Position numbers and translations under genes: made by a program. This document shows, in pieces, positions 7,580-15,257 of a stretch of 64,000 nucleotides of DNA. The stretch is from positions 124,001 to 188,000 of IMG/VR virus record IMGVR_UViG_3300030616_000016; one strand, given 5' to 3'. The notes under the pieces are model-generated. The model ran no database searches. It was not told the DNA's origin and saw only the letters and a list, made by a program, of their open reading frames with translations. Each line of letters starts with the position of its first letter. Position 1 is the stretch's first letter.

Positions 7580-8800
7580 CTATGTCAATTGTTCTGGAAT
7601 AAGCTCGCTTTGATTTCTCCAATTTAGAGCTTGTTCCACTGTTTTGATATTTTGTGGTACGCATTCCATGTGCCATGTACCAATGCTTGGATTTAGCATT
7701 TTAAGATAAGGCCATTTGCCGGTCTCACCCTTCAGATCTACTACAACCAATTCATAATCTCCTTGCGTGTCCAGTGATTCAGCGCCCGTAGATTTGACAA
7801 TTCGTTCTATACCTACCTTTCTTATAAACTCCCTACGGACTTCTGCATTATCAAGTTCTGCGAATTTAGCAGGGTCAATGTCATGCTCATTCGTTTCTGC
7901 TAACCACTGCGGAACTCGTACATTATTCAAATGCCACAGTCCCCAACCGTCCGCAAATTTTACAGACATTCCTCCATCTTTATGCAGATGACTGGCTTTC
8001 CAGTTTATTTCGATTGGATTCCGACTTACAATAGCAACATTTTTATACAGTGCGCTTGAGGATATTTTTCTGTTGTAATTTAGAAATATATCATATTTTT
8101 CTTTCTCATATTTAACGCCTATATATTTCCCAAACTCGTAAACTCCGCACCAATCATTCCACCATATGTTTATATACTGCTCGGTTTTTAATTTGTTGGC
8201 ACTAAGCCTGTCACGAAGGCTGTCACGAAGGCTGTCACGAAGGCTGGCATCAAGACTGTTACGAAGACCGGCACTAAGACTATCATAAAAACTATTATGA
8301 AGACTGTCATAAAGACTGTTACGAATATTGTCATGAAGGCTGTTACGAAGACTTTTATGAAGACTGGCATAAAGACTGTCATAAAGACTGGCATAAAGTT
8401 TGTCATAAAGATTGTCATGGAGACTGTTACGAAGACTTTTACGAAGACTTTTACGAAGACTGGCATCAAGACTGTAATAAAGACTGTCATAAAGACTGGT
8501 ATAAAGTTTGTCATAAAGATTGTCATGGAGACTGTTACGAAGACTTTTATGAAGATTGTCATGAAGATTGTTATGAAGATTGTCACTAAGCAAATGTTCT
8601 GTTAGTGCTGTTGTTAATGGGCTATCACAGATTATAATTTTAATGGCATTATCTGCACCAGTCATTTTTACAATAGGCAATACTGCGTGTTTAATTTCTT
8701 CATCACTGTATTGCGCCGATATGAGGTTTAAACAGCGATTTATATGTCTTGGTATCATTTTTTCTTGTTCTTTTGTTAAACTCATAATTTCCTCTTTCAT
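7580..8800 (-). CDS. DUF6745-like protein with central tetrapeptide (LxxS/N) repeat
   Basis: LHKDGGMSVKFADGWGLWHLNNVRVP, EVRREF, YLKMLNPS, over 30 LxxS-type units. Confidence 0.7.
   Translation of the reverse strand: MKEEIMSLTKEQEKMIPRHINRCLNLISAQYSDEEIKHAVLPIVKMTGADNAIKIIICDSPLTTALTEHLLSDNLHNNLHDNLHKSLRNSLHDNLYDKLYTSLYDSLYYSLDASLRKSLRKSLRNSLHDNLYDKLYASLYDSLYASLHKSLRNSLHDNIRNSLYDSLHNSFYDSLSAGLRNSLDASLRDSLRDSLRDRLSANKLKTEQYINIWWNDWCGVYEFGKYIGVKYEKEKYDIFLNYNRKISSSALYKNVAIVSRNPIEINWKASHLHKDGGMSVKFADGWGLWHLNNVRVPQWLAETNEHDIDPAKFAELDNAEVRREFIRKVGIERIVKSTGAESLDTQGDYELVVVDLKGETGKWPYLKMLNPSIGTWHMECVPQNIKTVEQALNWRNQSELIPEQLT
8200..8590. repeat. Intragenic 12-bp tandem repeat with a higher-order 72-nt block duplicated at period 108
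   Basis: Units such as GAAGACTGTCAT/AAAGACTGTTAC; block at 8371 repeated at 8479. Confidence 0.95.
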
Positions 8801-9072
8801 TCTGCGTCCTCCTGTTCTGGTTCTGGTCTTGTTACTTTAAATCCCATGTTTTCAACTTCATCCAAAGTATAAGCATCCTTCCGTGGTTCTTTATATTTTC
8901 TGCTTAATTCTATCCATTTATTACAACTTGGACAACGGCTATACATGTTCCTGATTTCTGTAGGGTCAACCTTATTCAGCATGCACTCTCCATCTTTGCT
9001 TTGAAATGAATCAACAGTGGTTCCACAAAAAGGGCAATACATTTCAAAGTTTACATAGTCATACATTCCCAT
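8797..9072 (-). CDS. Small zinc-binding protein
   Basis: CPFCG...CPSC; ends RPEPEQEDAE*. Confidence 0.6.
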   Translation of the reverse strand: MGMYDYVNFEMYCPFCGTTVDSFQSKDGECMLNKVDPTEIRNMYSRCPSCNKWIELSRKYKEPRKDAYTLDEVENMGFKVTRPEPEQEDAE

Positions 9073-9197
9073 TCTACGTCCTCCTCAATTATTTTTTGAA
9101 GACTTTTGAAATCTGACTTTAAGTCAAAAATTGCTTTTATCATCCATCCTATCGATGTTAGTATAAATGTGATAAAGCAATAGAAAACTATATCCAT
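9051..9197 (-). CDS. 48-aa single-TM protein (below ORF-track cutoff)
   Basis: MDIVFYCFITFILTSIGWMIKAIFDLKSDFKSLQKIIEEDVEWECMTM*; AGGAG SD. Confidence 0.5.
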   Translation of the reverse strand: MDIVFYCFITFILTSIGWMIKAIFDLKSDFKSLQKIIEEDVEWECMTM

Positions 9198-9320
9198 TTG
9201 GTATTCTCCTGTATGTGTATCCGGCCATTTATTAGGCCAAAATGGCCTGATTGATAATTAAGTTTGTTCGATAGGCGCCGCTTAACCGCTTATCAAGGTG
9301 CATTCGTAAGACCCCTGGCT

Positions 9321-9584
9321 TTAGGCGTGGGGTAATGTCACTTCTAAATCTAGTTCATATTTAATTGTTTTTACTAGATCATTAATTAATTCTGGACGTG
9401 TAGCCATAGTTTCTACATTCCAATTTCTGTTGATGTATTGTGGTTTACATCTTAAATTAAAATTTCCTCCAATATCAGAGATAGATTCAATTATAGCTTT
9501 GATTCTTTCAGGAGTTAAACCAGCATTATGATAGTCTTCAAAACTCAAATGGATTATTGTTGTTGTATAATAATTAAGTTTCAT
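9321..9584 (-). CDS. Hypothetical protein
   Basis: Co-oriented ORF coupled to the upstream gene. Confidence 0.55.
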   Translation of the reverse strand: MKLNYYTTTIIHLSFEDYHNAGLTPERIKAIIESISDIGGNFNLRCKPQYINRNWNVETMATRPELINDLVKTIKYELDLEVTLPHA

Positions 9585-9834
9585 TGTTCAATTCCTTTAG
9601 TTTAGCTTTCCATTGTTTTTCTGAATACCATTTGCCATCGAGACACCAAGCCTTATCTCCACTAGCCCACTCAATTGAAGGTCCATCTTCTCTGTGATAT
9701 TTGTCATTAATACACCAATACTTACTTCCATTGAAACCCTCAATTGCTGGAGCACCTTTTCGATGTAAGATTTTGTTTTTATCATAATGATCAAGAATGC
9801 TACCATCTTTATAATAGAATTTACTTCTTCTCAC
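9574..9834 (-). CDS. LHRxDGPA-repeat protein
   Basis: LHRKGAPAIE...YHREDGPSIE...WCLDGK. Confidence 0.7.
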   Translation of the reverse strand: MRRSKFYYKDGSILDHYDKNKILHRKGAPAIEGFNGSKYWCINDKYHREDGPSIEWASGDKAWCLDGKWYSEKQWKAKLKELNNET

Positions 9835-9878
9835 GTTTAGCCCTTTCTCTTATTAAATAATTAATCTATTTTCAATAT

Positions 9879-10352
9879 TTAAGTGGTTTGTAACTCGGCA
9901 ATAAGTAATGTGTTTCGTAAGATACTGCGCACGCTCTCAAAACTAAGATACAAATCGCTGTAGCAATCATTACATGACTCATATGGATAGTTATTGTATA
10001 TATTATCACTCCCACAAAATGGACATGTTAATTTATATAAACTATCAGATACACATTTGTTAATATTGAATGTGAATAATTTTAATGTTAGTGCGTTGCC
10101 TTCATCGAGCGGGACTTTGAACAATAAACTATAGGTACATATATTGTCACTCCCCTTTTTTCCTATACTTTCTAGATAAAGCGGCAATTTTCTTTGTTGG
10201 CCTATGTTAAGTTCTTGAGATACAACAGTCTCCTCCTCATCTGTCATATGGAACCTATAGTTAGTCGTTTGAGTCTCGTTAAGTGTATATGGGTTAGCAA
10301 TATAAATAAGCGGCCATTTCTCTTTCATAGCCTTAAGTAAGTTCAATTCCAT
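9879..10352 (-). CDS. Accessory protein with near-terminal zinc ribbon
   Basis: CPFCGSDNIYNNYPYESCNDC; AGGAG SD. Confidence 0.7.
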   Translation of the reverse strand: MELNLLKAMKEKWPLIYIANPYTLNETQTTNYRFHMTDEEETVVSQELNIGQQRKLPLYLESIGKKGSDNICTYSLLFKVPLDEGNALTLKLFTFNINKCVSDSLYKLTCPFCGSDNIYNNYPYESCNDCYSDLYLSFESVRSILRNTLLIAELQTT

Positions 10353-10401
10353 ATTTGATTGCTCCTTCTTGCCATCAATGTTGTTTTATACATTGATTAT
10401 A

Positions 10402-10472
10402 TTAGTCACGAACCATGTTAATTTCTTTTTTGAATGGATCTACTTCTCTTACAATGTCTATCTTTTCTCCAT
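10402..10472 (-). pseudogene. Collapsed second copy of the QGDV gene (N-terminus joined out of frame to C-terminus)
   Basis: ATG GAG AAA AGA (MEKR, as in 7568) directly followed in another frame by IDIVREVDPFKKEINMVRD*, versus IGIVREVDPFENEIRNVID* of 7242-7568. Confidence 0.75.
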
Positions 10473-10482
10473 TGTTTGACTC

Positions 10483-11598
10483 CTATGTCAATTGTTCTGG
10501 AATAAGCTCGCTCCGATTTCTCCAATTTAGAGCTTGCCGCACTGTTTTGATATTTTGTGGCACGCATTCCATGTGCCATGTGCCAATGCTTGGATTTAGC
10601 ATTTTTAGGTACGGCCATTCGCCAGTTGTGCCTTTTAGATCAACAAGAAGTAGCTCATAATCGCCTTGTTTATCTAATGATTTAGCGCCCATAGATTTGA
10701 CAATTCTTTCAATACCTACCTTATAAATAAATTCTCTGCGAATCTCTGCATTCTTAAGCTTACTGAATTTAGCTGGATCAATATCATGTTCATTTTGCTC
10801 TGCTAACCACCGTGGTACATTTACGTTGTTAAGATGCCAAAGCCCCCAGTTATCTGCGAATCTTACGGACATCCCGCCATCTTTATGCAACTTATTGCCC
10901 TTTGAGTTTATTTCAATTGGATTACGACTTACTAATATGGTATCCCCCCATACATTACAAGAAAATATTTTTCTATTGTAATTCACGACTCGATCATATT
11001 CTTTCTGATCGTATTCTAATCCGAGGTGTTTAAATAGCTCATAACATCCAATCCCTTCAATGTTACTATAACTTATAGATGGTATTAGAGGTTCATCGCC
11101 ACGGACAATCTCTTGATAAAGATGAAATAGATCACCAGTAAAACAGGTATCCTCTTCATAATAAAGCTCAGCAAGAATCTGGAATTTGATGTTACTATGA
11201 ATATCTCTGTTAATACCATCGCTAAGTTTTGAAGACAGCATGTATTTAAGTTTGTTCATCAATGGTTCTTTCTCTTCAGCAGCCTTTTGTACTTCATACA
11301 TATTCTCAGTTATATGGCGGTATTTAATAACTAAAGCTTTTTCTCTTGGCAGCTTTGCTTCTTTGTTGCTGTTATTTTGAATATCAGGCATTTTATTCAC
11401 AATCGCCATTGGACTATCACATATAATGAGTTCAACGTCTTCAATGCTCGTATTTATTACTTCAAGCGCAACAGCCACGGCTTGTTTAATTTCATCATCA
11501 GGATATTGTTTCGTGAGCAAGCTTATGGATTTATTTGCCTGTTGTGATGCAAGTTCTAGCATTTGTTCTTCTGTAAGCTCAGACATTGAGAATTTCAT
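10483..11598 (-). CDS. DUF6745-like paralog with non-repetitive centre
   Basis: Shares IICDSP and the whole C-terminal domain with 7580-8800; last ~120 nt nearly identical. Confidence 0.75.
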   Translation of the reverse strand: MKFSMSELTEEQMLELASQQANKSISLLTKQYPDDEIKQAVAVALEVINTSIEDVELIICDSPMAIVNKMPDIQNNSNKEAKLPREKALVIKYRHITENMYEVQKAAEEKEPLMNKLKYMLSSKLSDGINRDIHSNIKFQILAELYYEEDTCFTGDLFHLYQEIVRGDEPLIPSISYSNIEGIGCYELFKHLGLEYDQKEYDRVVNYNRKIFSCNVWGDTILVSRNPIEINSKGNKLHKDGGMSVRFADNWGLWHLNNVNVPRWLAEQNEHDIDPAKFSKLKNAEIRREFIYKVGIERIVKSMGAKSLDKQGDYELLLVDLKGTTGEWPYLKMLNPSIGTWHMECVPQNIKTVRQALNWRNRSELIPEQLT

Positions 11599-11730
11599 GT
11601 ATTGTTTCCTTTATAAGCGTATTTGTTTTCCTATGTAGGCGGTTGGCCCCAAAGCCACAAACCGCCGCACTTATTCTTTCATATTCCCAGAGAGTGAATT
11701 ACCTTGTAGGAATAACCTTTGTGAGCCATA

Positions 11731-11905
11731 GAAACCTAGATTAGCCTGTAGGAAGCTGGATTGGCTTGTAAAAAGTATGTAATTACTAGATGAGCTTGTG
11801 GAAAGCTAGATTAATCTATAGAAAGTCAGATTAACTTATAAAAAGTCAGATTAACTTATAAAAAGTCAGATTAACTTATAAAAAGTCAGATTAACTTATA
11901 AAAAG
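11731..11905. repeat. 20-bp tandem repeat, perfect on the right and degenerate on the left
   Basis: AAAAGTCAGATTAACTTATA x3 plus one G-variant (11821-11900), preceded by degenerate units from 11731. Confidence 0.9.
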
Positions 11906-12305
11906 TATGGTCACTGGCTCTCTCGTGTTCAGGAATTGCTGTTTCACAACCACAATTATTACAAGTATTTGTCACATCATTGTATCCACAGAACTTACAC
12001 TTGGCATATGTCATATCTTTAAGCCCAGGACATATATATCTATCCTTTATCCACTCGGCAATAGCCAAGATAGTAGTTCCATCGTGTAGTGAGCTTACAG
12101 CAGTTAATGGCTCGTGTAGAACCTTTTGATGTAGCAGGCCCTGGATCTTGTCATCTATGATGATTTTATTTGATCTGTCCTGCGGTTTTTTGTATGTTAA
12201 GATTGCGGGGCCGTATACAAACCATTCAAATGATATTTCGTGCTCCCAGTCTATCATTATTCTTCTTCCACTCTTTATGCATTCATTAATCTCATCAAGA
12301 GTCAT
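11886..12305 (-). CDS. Accessory protein with C-terminal zinc ribbon
   Basis: CKFCGYNDVTNTCNNCGC; paralog of 2885-3316. Confidence 0.75.
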   Translation of the reverse strand: MTLDEINECIKSGRRIMIDWEHEISFEWFVYGPAILTYKKPQDRSNKIIIDDKIQGLLHQKVLHEPLTAVSSLHDGTTILAIAEWIKDRYICPGLKDMTYAKCKFCGYNDVTNTCNNCGCETAIPEHERASDHTFYKLI

Positions 12306-12622
12306 TGCTCACTCCCGCAGTTATTACATGTGTTATTGTTTAAGTCGGTGTAGCCGCAGTATTTACATTCAAATAACTCCACAACACTACTGTATGCATA
12401 ATATATGTTCCAAACGTTTGGTGTGTAGCATTGTATGACCAGCTCATCTAGTTTTGTCTTGCTGGGTGAAGTATGTATTATTGTGAATGGAGTATTGAGC
12501 GGCGGCTGGTCTGCTTTACCTATACTATAGTGTTGTCCAGGCATTGGCGTTAGAGGAGTATGCCTTCTAACAATGCATTTTGTTTTGTTAATCCTGGCAT
12601 TCTCAAGTTGTACATGAGTCAT
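12302..12622 (-). CDS. Accessory protein with C-terminal zinc ribbon (HYS..QPP subfamily)
   Basis: HYSIGKADQPPLNTPF; YSSVVELFECKYCG...CNNCGSEQ. Confidence 0.75.
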   Translation of the reverse strand: MTHVQLENARINKTKCIVRRHTPLTPMPGQHYSIGKADQPPLNTPFTIIHTSPSKTKLDELVIQCYTPNVWNIYYAYSSVVELFECKYCGYTDLNNNTCNNCGSEQ

Positions 12623-12627
12623 TGTTT

Positions 12628-12974
12628 CTATTCTCCTGTATATGAAGGAATCGCGGCGTTATACCATTCACAACCACAATAACTACATGCCCCATCATCA
12701 TTTATGTCACTTCCACAATACTGACAGATGGCCGGCACTACACACGAAACATATACATAATAGCCATCTCTCGTTCTAAGTACTTTTTCCCACATGTATT
12801 TGAGTTGTCTATAAGTTTTATTTGGAATCTTTTCCCTACTGGTGGTTGATGGTTTTCTCTCAAAGAGTAGTGTCCGCCTTCTTTGTGTTCAGTCTTTTTC
12901 TTGGTGTGTTGGGTGGTAATAAACCACGCATCTTTGTTCTTTCGCCAGATCTTACGTAACTGCTTCCATTTCAT
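12628..12974 (-). pseudogene. Zinc-ribbon paralog split by a -1 frameshift at G AAA AAG (programmed shift, phase variation or 1-nt deletion)
   Basis: Frame 0 gives HYSLRENHQPP and stops at 12738. The -1 frame from 12784-12789 gives EKVLRTRDGYYVYVSCVVPAICQYCGSDINDDGACSYCGCEWYNAAIPSYTGE*, ending 6 nt before the next ATG. Confidence 0.75.
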
Positions 12975-13299
12975 TGTTTATCTCCATATCTACTTTGCAT
13001 CCGCAATTGGTACATGTATCACTTCTAATATCCGCGCCACAATACGTACAATAAGCCAATTCTATTACAGACGAGTAAGCATTCTTCATGTCGTTGGTTA
13101 TTACTAGTATATCTGGATTGGATAATGAGGGGAATAGACTGGTTATTCGGAATGGCTCAAATGGTTCTGGTTGGTCGTCAGGATGGACTTCATAGGCTCC
13201 TGCGATTGGATGCTTTTCTCGTTCCTTTGTTTTTCTTGTGATTATGAATCGAGTGCTGTTGTTTTTGCTCCAAATATCACGTAAGTAGTTAAGATCCAT
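12952..13299 (-). CDS. Accessory protein with C-terminal zinc ribbon (start re-assigned to MDLNYL)
   Basis: YSSVIELAYCTYCGADIRSDTCTNCGC; GGAGA SD before ATG 13299. Confidence 0.75.
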   Translation of the reverse strand: MDLNYLRDIWSKNNSTRFIITRKTKEREKHPIAGAYEVHPDDQPEPFEPFRITSLFPSLSNPDILVITNDMKNAYSSVIELAYCTYCGADIRSDTCTNCGCKVDMEINNEMEAVT

Positions 13300-13329
13300 C
13301 AATTTATCTCCATTTATGCGCGTTTTTGC

Positions 13330-13378
13330 TAAGAAAGTGAAAGAAATAGGAGATTTGGTGCCCCCCAAACACCAAATC
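13330..13378 (-). terminator. Probable intrinsic terminator closing the middle module
   Basis: 9-bp stem 13352-13360/13370-13378 followed on the minus strand by TCCTATTTCTTTCACTTTCTT. Confidence 0.55.
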
Positions 13379-13468
13379 ACCCTAAATCAAACCACATTGG
13401 AGGAGTGTCTTCACGCCGCTCATTAATTCAATTGGCACACTCTTTGCAATTAGAGTATACTAGATAGT

Positions 13469-13604
13469 AATCTACAAGATAAGCAATCTACAAGATAACC
13501 TATCTACAAGGTAACATAGTAGTCTTCTAGTAACACACCTATATTTATATATAGGTGTGTAATCTACAAGTAACTAGTCTATCTACAAGGTTGCAACCTT
13601 GTAG
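13469..13604. repeat. ATCTACAAG direct-repeat cluster with two palindromes
   Basis: Copies at 13470, 13486, 13502, 13562, 13581; 12-bp stem 13533-13560; perfect 22-bp palindrome 13583-13604. Confidence 0.9.
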
Positions 13605-13634
13605 GTAACGTCACCTCAAATTCTTTCTCTCCTG

Positions 13635-13728
13635 GGAGCCCATCACGCTACGCGTAAATTTGGAGCCCATCACTCGGCGCGTAAATGTACGCGCCAAGGT
13701 AGAAAGACCCCGGCGCGAAGCGCCGGGG
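13635..13728. repeat. 27-bp tandem duplication and two GC-rich hairpins
   Basis: GGAGCCCATCAC at 13635/13662; CGCGTAAAT at 13651/13678; GGCGCGTA-AATG-TACGCGCC; CCCCGGCGC-GAA-GCGCCGGGG. Confidence 0.75.
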
Positions 13729-13906
13729 CTTAATTCTTCTTCTTGATGAGATAGTAGCCTAGAGCGATAAGAATGACTGGTCCTATTGGGCTTAGACACA
13801 ATAATGCGCCTATTCCACCTAGGACTAGCCATTTATAGCTATCGTCGGTTGGCTGGGACTGCTCGTCTGTAACCTCATCATCTCCAACGAGCTTCTCCCA
13901 GCGCAC

Positions 13907-14500
13907 TTATCCCTCCTGTGGGATGAAGTTTGCCACCATAGAATTCAGGAGGCTCTTCTTCCTCTCGATTTCACCCTTCTCTGTCTTATAGGCTTCTTCG
14001 AGTTCCTTCTCCTCTTCAGCAATCTCTTTAATTGCTTGAGAGTGGAGGGTTTGTGCGGTATTTGCGAAGTCGGCGGGGCCATCAAAACGGTTGACCAGGG
14101 ATTTGAACCGGTCATAGCTGATACTGTATCTCTGCTCAAATGTCTCTTTGCTGGATTTGACAGCTTTCTCCAGCGCGCTAACTTCGTCCTGAACTTCACT
14201 CAGGGGTATGTCACAAAGAGCGAGCTTCTTGCGCTTCTCTTTGTTGCTTTTGATTGTGTTGCTGATTTCCTCAGCGTCTCGATGCGCGGCGCCGACATTC
14301 TTAACATTTACCAATGAGAGTACAGCGCTCTGCTTTGCTGTCTCTTTGGTTGCGGCCTGGCCGTTCTCGATTCCTGCTTTTGCGCCTGAGTACATGGAAG
14401 AGGGTATTGTTGCGGCTACGCTAGCCGTCTCACCCAGAAAGCTTCCAAGTCTCGCCGAAATTCCACTGATTGTACTGGTCCGTTTCTTTAACAGATTCAT
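13907..14500 (-). CDS. Coiled-coil hypothetical protein
   Basis: Long charged helical ORF with GGAGG SD. Confidence 0.7.
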   Translation of the reverse strand: MNLLKKRTSTISGISARLGSFLGETASVAATIPSSMYSGAKAGIENGQAATKETAKQSAVLSLVNVKNVGAAHRDAEEISNTIKSNKEKRKKLALCDIPLSEVQDEVSALEKAVKSSKETFEQRYSISYDRFKSLVNRFDGPADFANTAQTLHSQAIKEIAEEEKELEEAYKTEKGEIERKKSLLNSMVANFIPQEG

Positions 14501-14771
14501 TTTTGTTCCTCCGAAAATGTGGTTTTGATATAATTAAACTTACACAAGGTCCTGCTATTAAACCAGCTATACCGCCTGTGACTCCGCCGCACAGACCACC
14601 GACCATAGCAAGACCGATACTTAATCCCCAGTCGACAACACATCGACTTATGGCTCTACATTTGGCTTTAAAGCCTCGCGCCTGACCTATGGCTACCACA
14701 CGGTAACCCAATATAATTAAGCCAATTGCGCCAATTATTGCCAGCATTAATTGTATCATTTCATTCGCCAT
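14430..14771 (-). CDS. Membrane protein
   Basis: N-terminal TM and Gly-rich hydrophobic hairpin; AAGGA SD. Confidence 0.6.
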   Translation of the reverse strand: MANEMIQLMLAIIGAIGLIILGYRVVAIGQARGFKAKCRAISRCVVDWGLSIGLAMVGGLCGGVTGGIAGLIAGPCVSLIISKPHFRRNKNESVKETDQYNQWNFGETWKLSG

Positions 14772-14794
14772 TCCTTTCGCAGAAGAGTAAAAGA

Positions 14795-14963
14795 GACTTG
14801 TGGACAGGATTTGAGGACGAGGTTGGGACCGGTCTTATAGAGACCGATTTATTGCCAGGTCCTTGCCTGCAACTTCCCCTGTGGCATTTCGTAGAGGGAA
14901 GTACTGTCAGCATTAAGTCCGACATGCTGTACGTTGCCACGACGCATTGAGCCACCACAAGTC
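14795..14963. other. Multi-branched structured intergenic element
   Basis: Closing stem GACTTGTGG/CCACAAGTC enclosing CAGG/CCTG, CGGTCT/AGACCG and ACTTCCC/GGGAAGT helices. Confidence 0.55.
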
Positions 14964-15165
14964 ATTAATAATGAACGACTAACGGTTATCGGGCGTCATT
15001 TCTTTCTCCTTTCATCAAAGATGTTATTGCTTTCTAAAGTAAAAATCAATCCACAATACCAATATAACTAGACCCTATGATGCCCTCGTATGCTTGCGAG
15101 AAGGGGTCTATTTGGCAAAGTTATTTAAAAAGAGTGTTGGTACAATTTATGACTTATTTTTGTTA

Positions 15166-15194
15166 TTGACAGAAAAGAGGACTAATAGTATAAT
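15166..15194 (+). promoter_or_regulatory. Perfect sigma70/sigmaA promoter
   Basis: TTGACA (15166-15171), N17, TATAAT (15189-15194), upstream of the HNH gene. Confidence 0.9.
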
Positions 15195-15257
15195 ACTATA
15201 TCATAGTTTCACATATGAACTTCATATACTATTAGCCCTTTTTACATAAGGAGTGGT

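Noticed and set aside
8188-8605. Alternative-frame ORFs MTIFITIF... (8188-8586, minus) and MKTVIKTV... (8297-8605, plus)
   Set aside because: By-products of the stop-free 12-bp repeat inside gene 7580-8800; no SD.
10418-10618. 66-aa ORF MAVPKNAKS...
   Set aside because: Out-of-frame overlap of the DUF6745-like gene end and the QGDV remnant.
7580-10620. Near-identical 3' ends of the two DUF6745-like genes as a DGR template/variable pair
   Set aside because: Differences include non-adenine changes (G/C, T/C), both copies are ends of intact genes, and no reverse transcriptase is in the window.
11731-11905. 20-bp array as a CRISPR or TIGR array
   Set aside because: Units are contiguous with no unique spacers, no box C/D-like motifs, and no Nop-domain gene nearby.
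13611-13832. 73-aa ORF spanning the 27-bp repeat and GC hairpins
   Set aside because: No clear SD and low-complexity Arg/Ser content; the sequence is better explained as structured non-coding DNA, though a short gene cannot be excluded.
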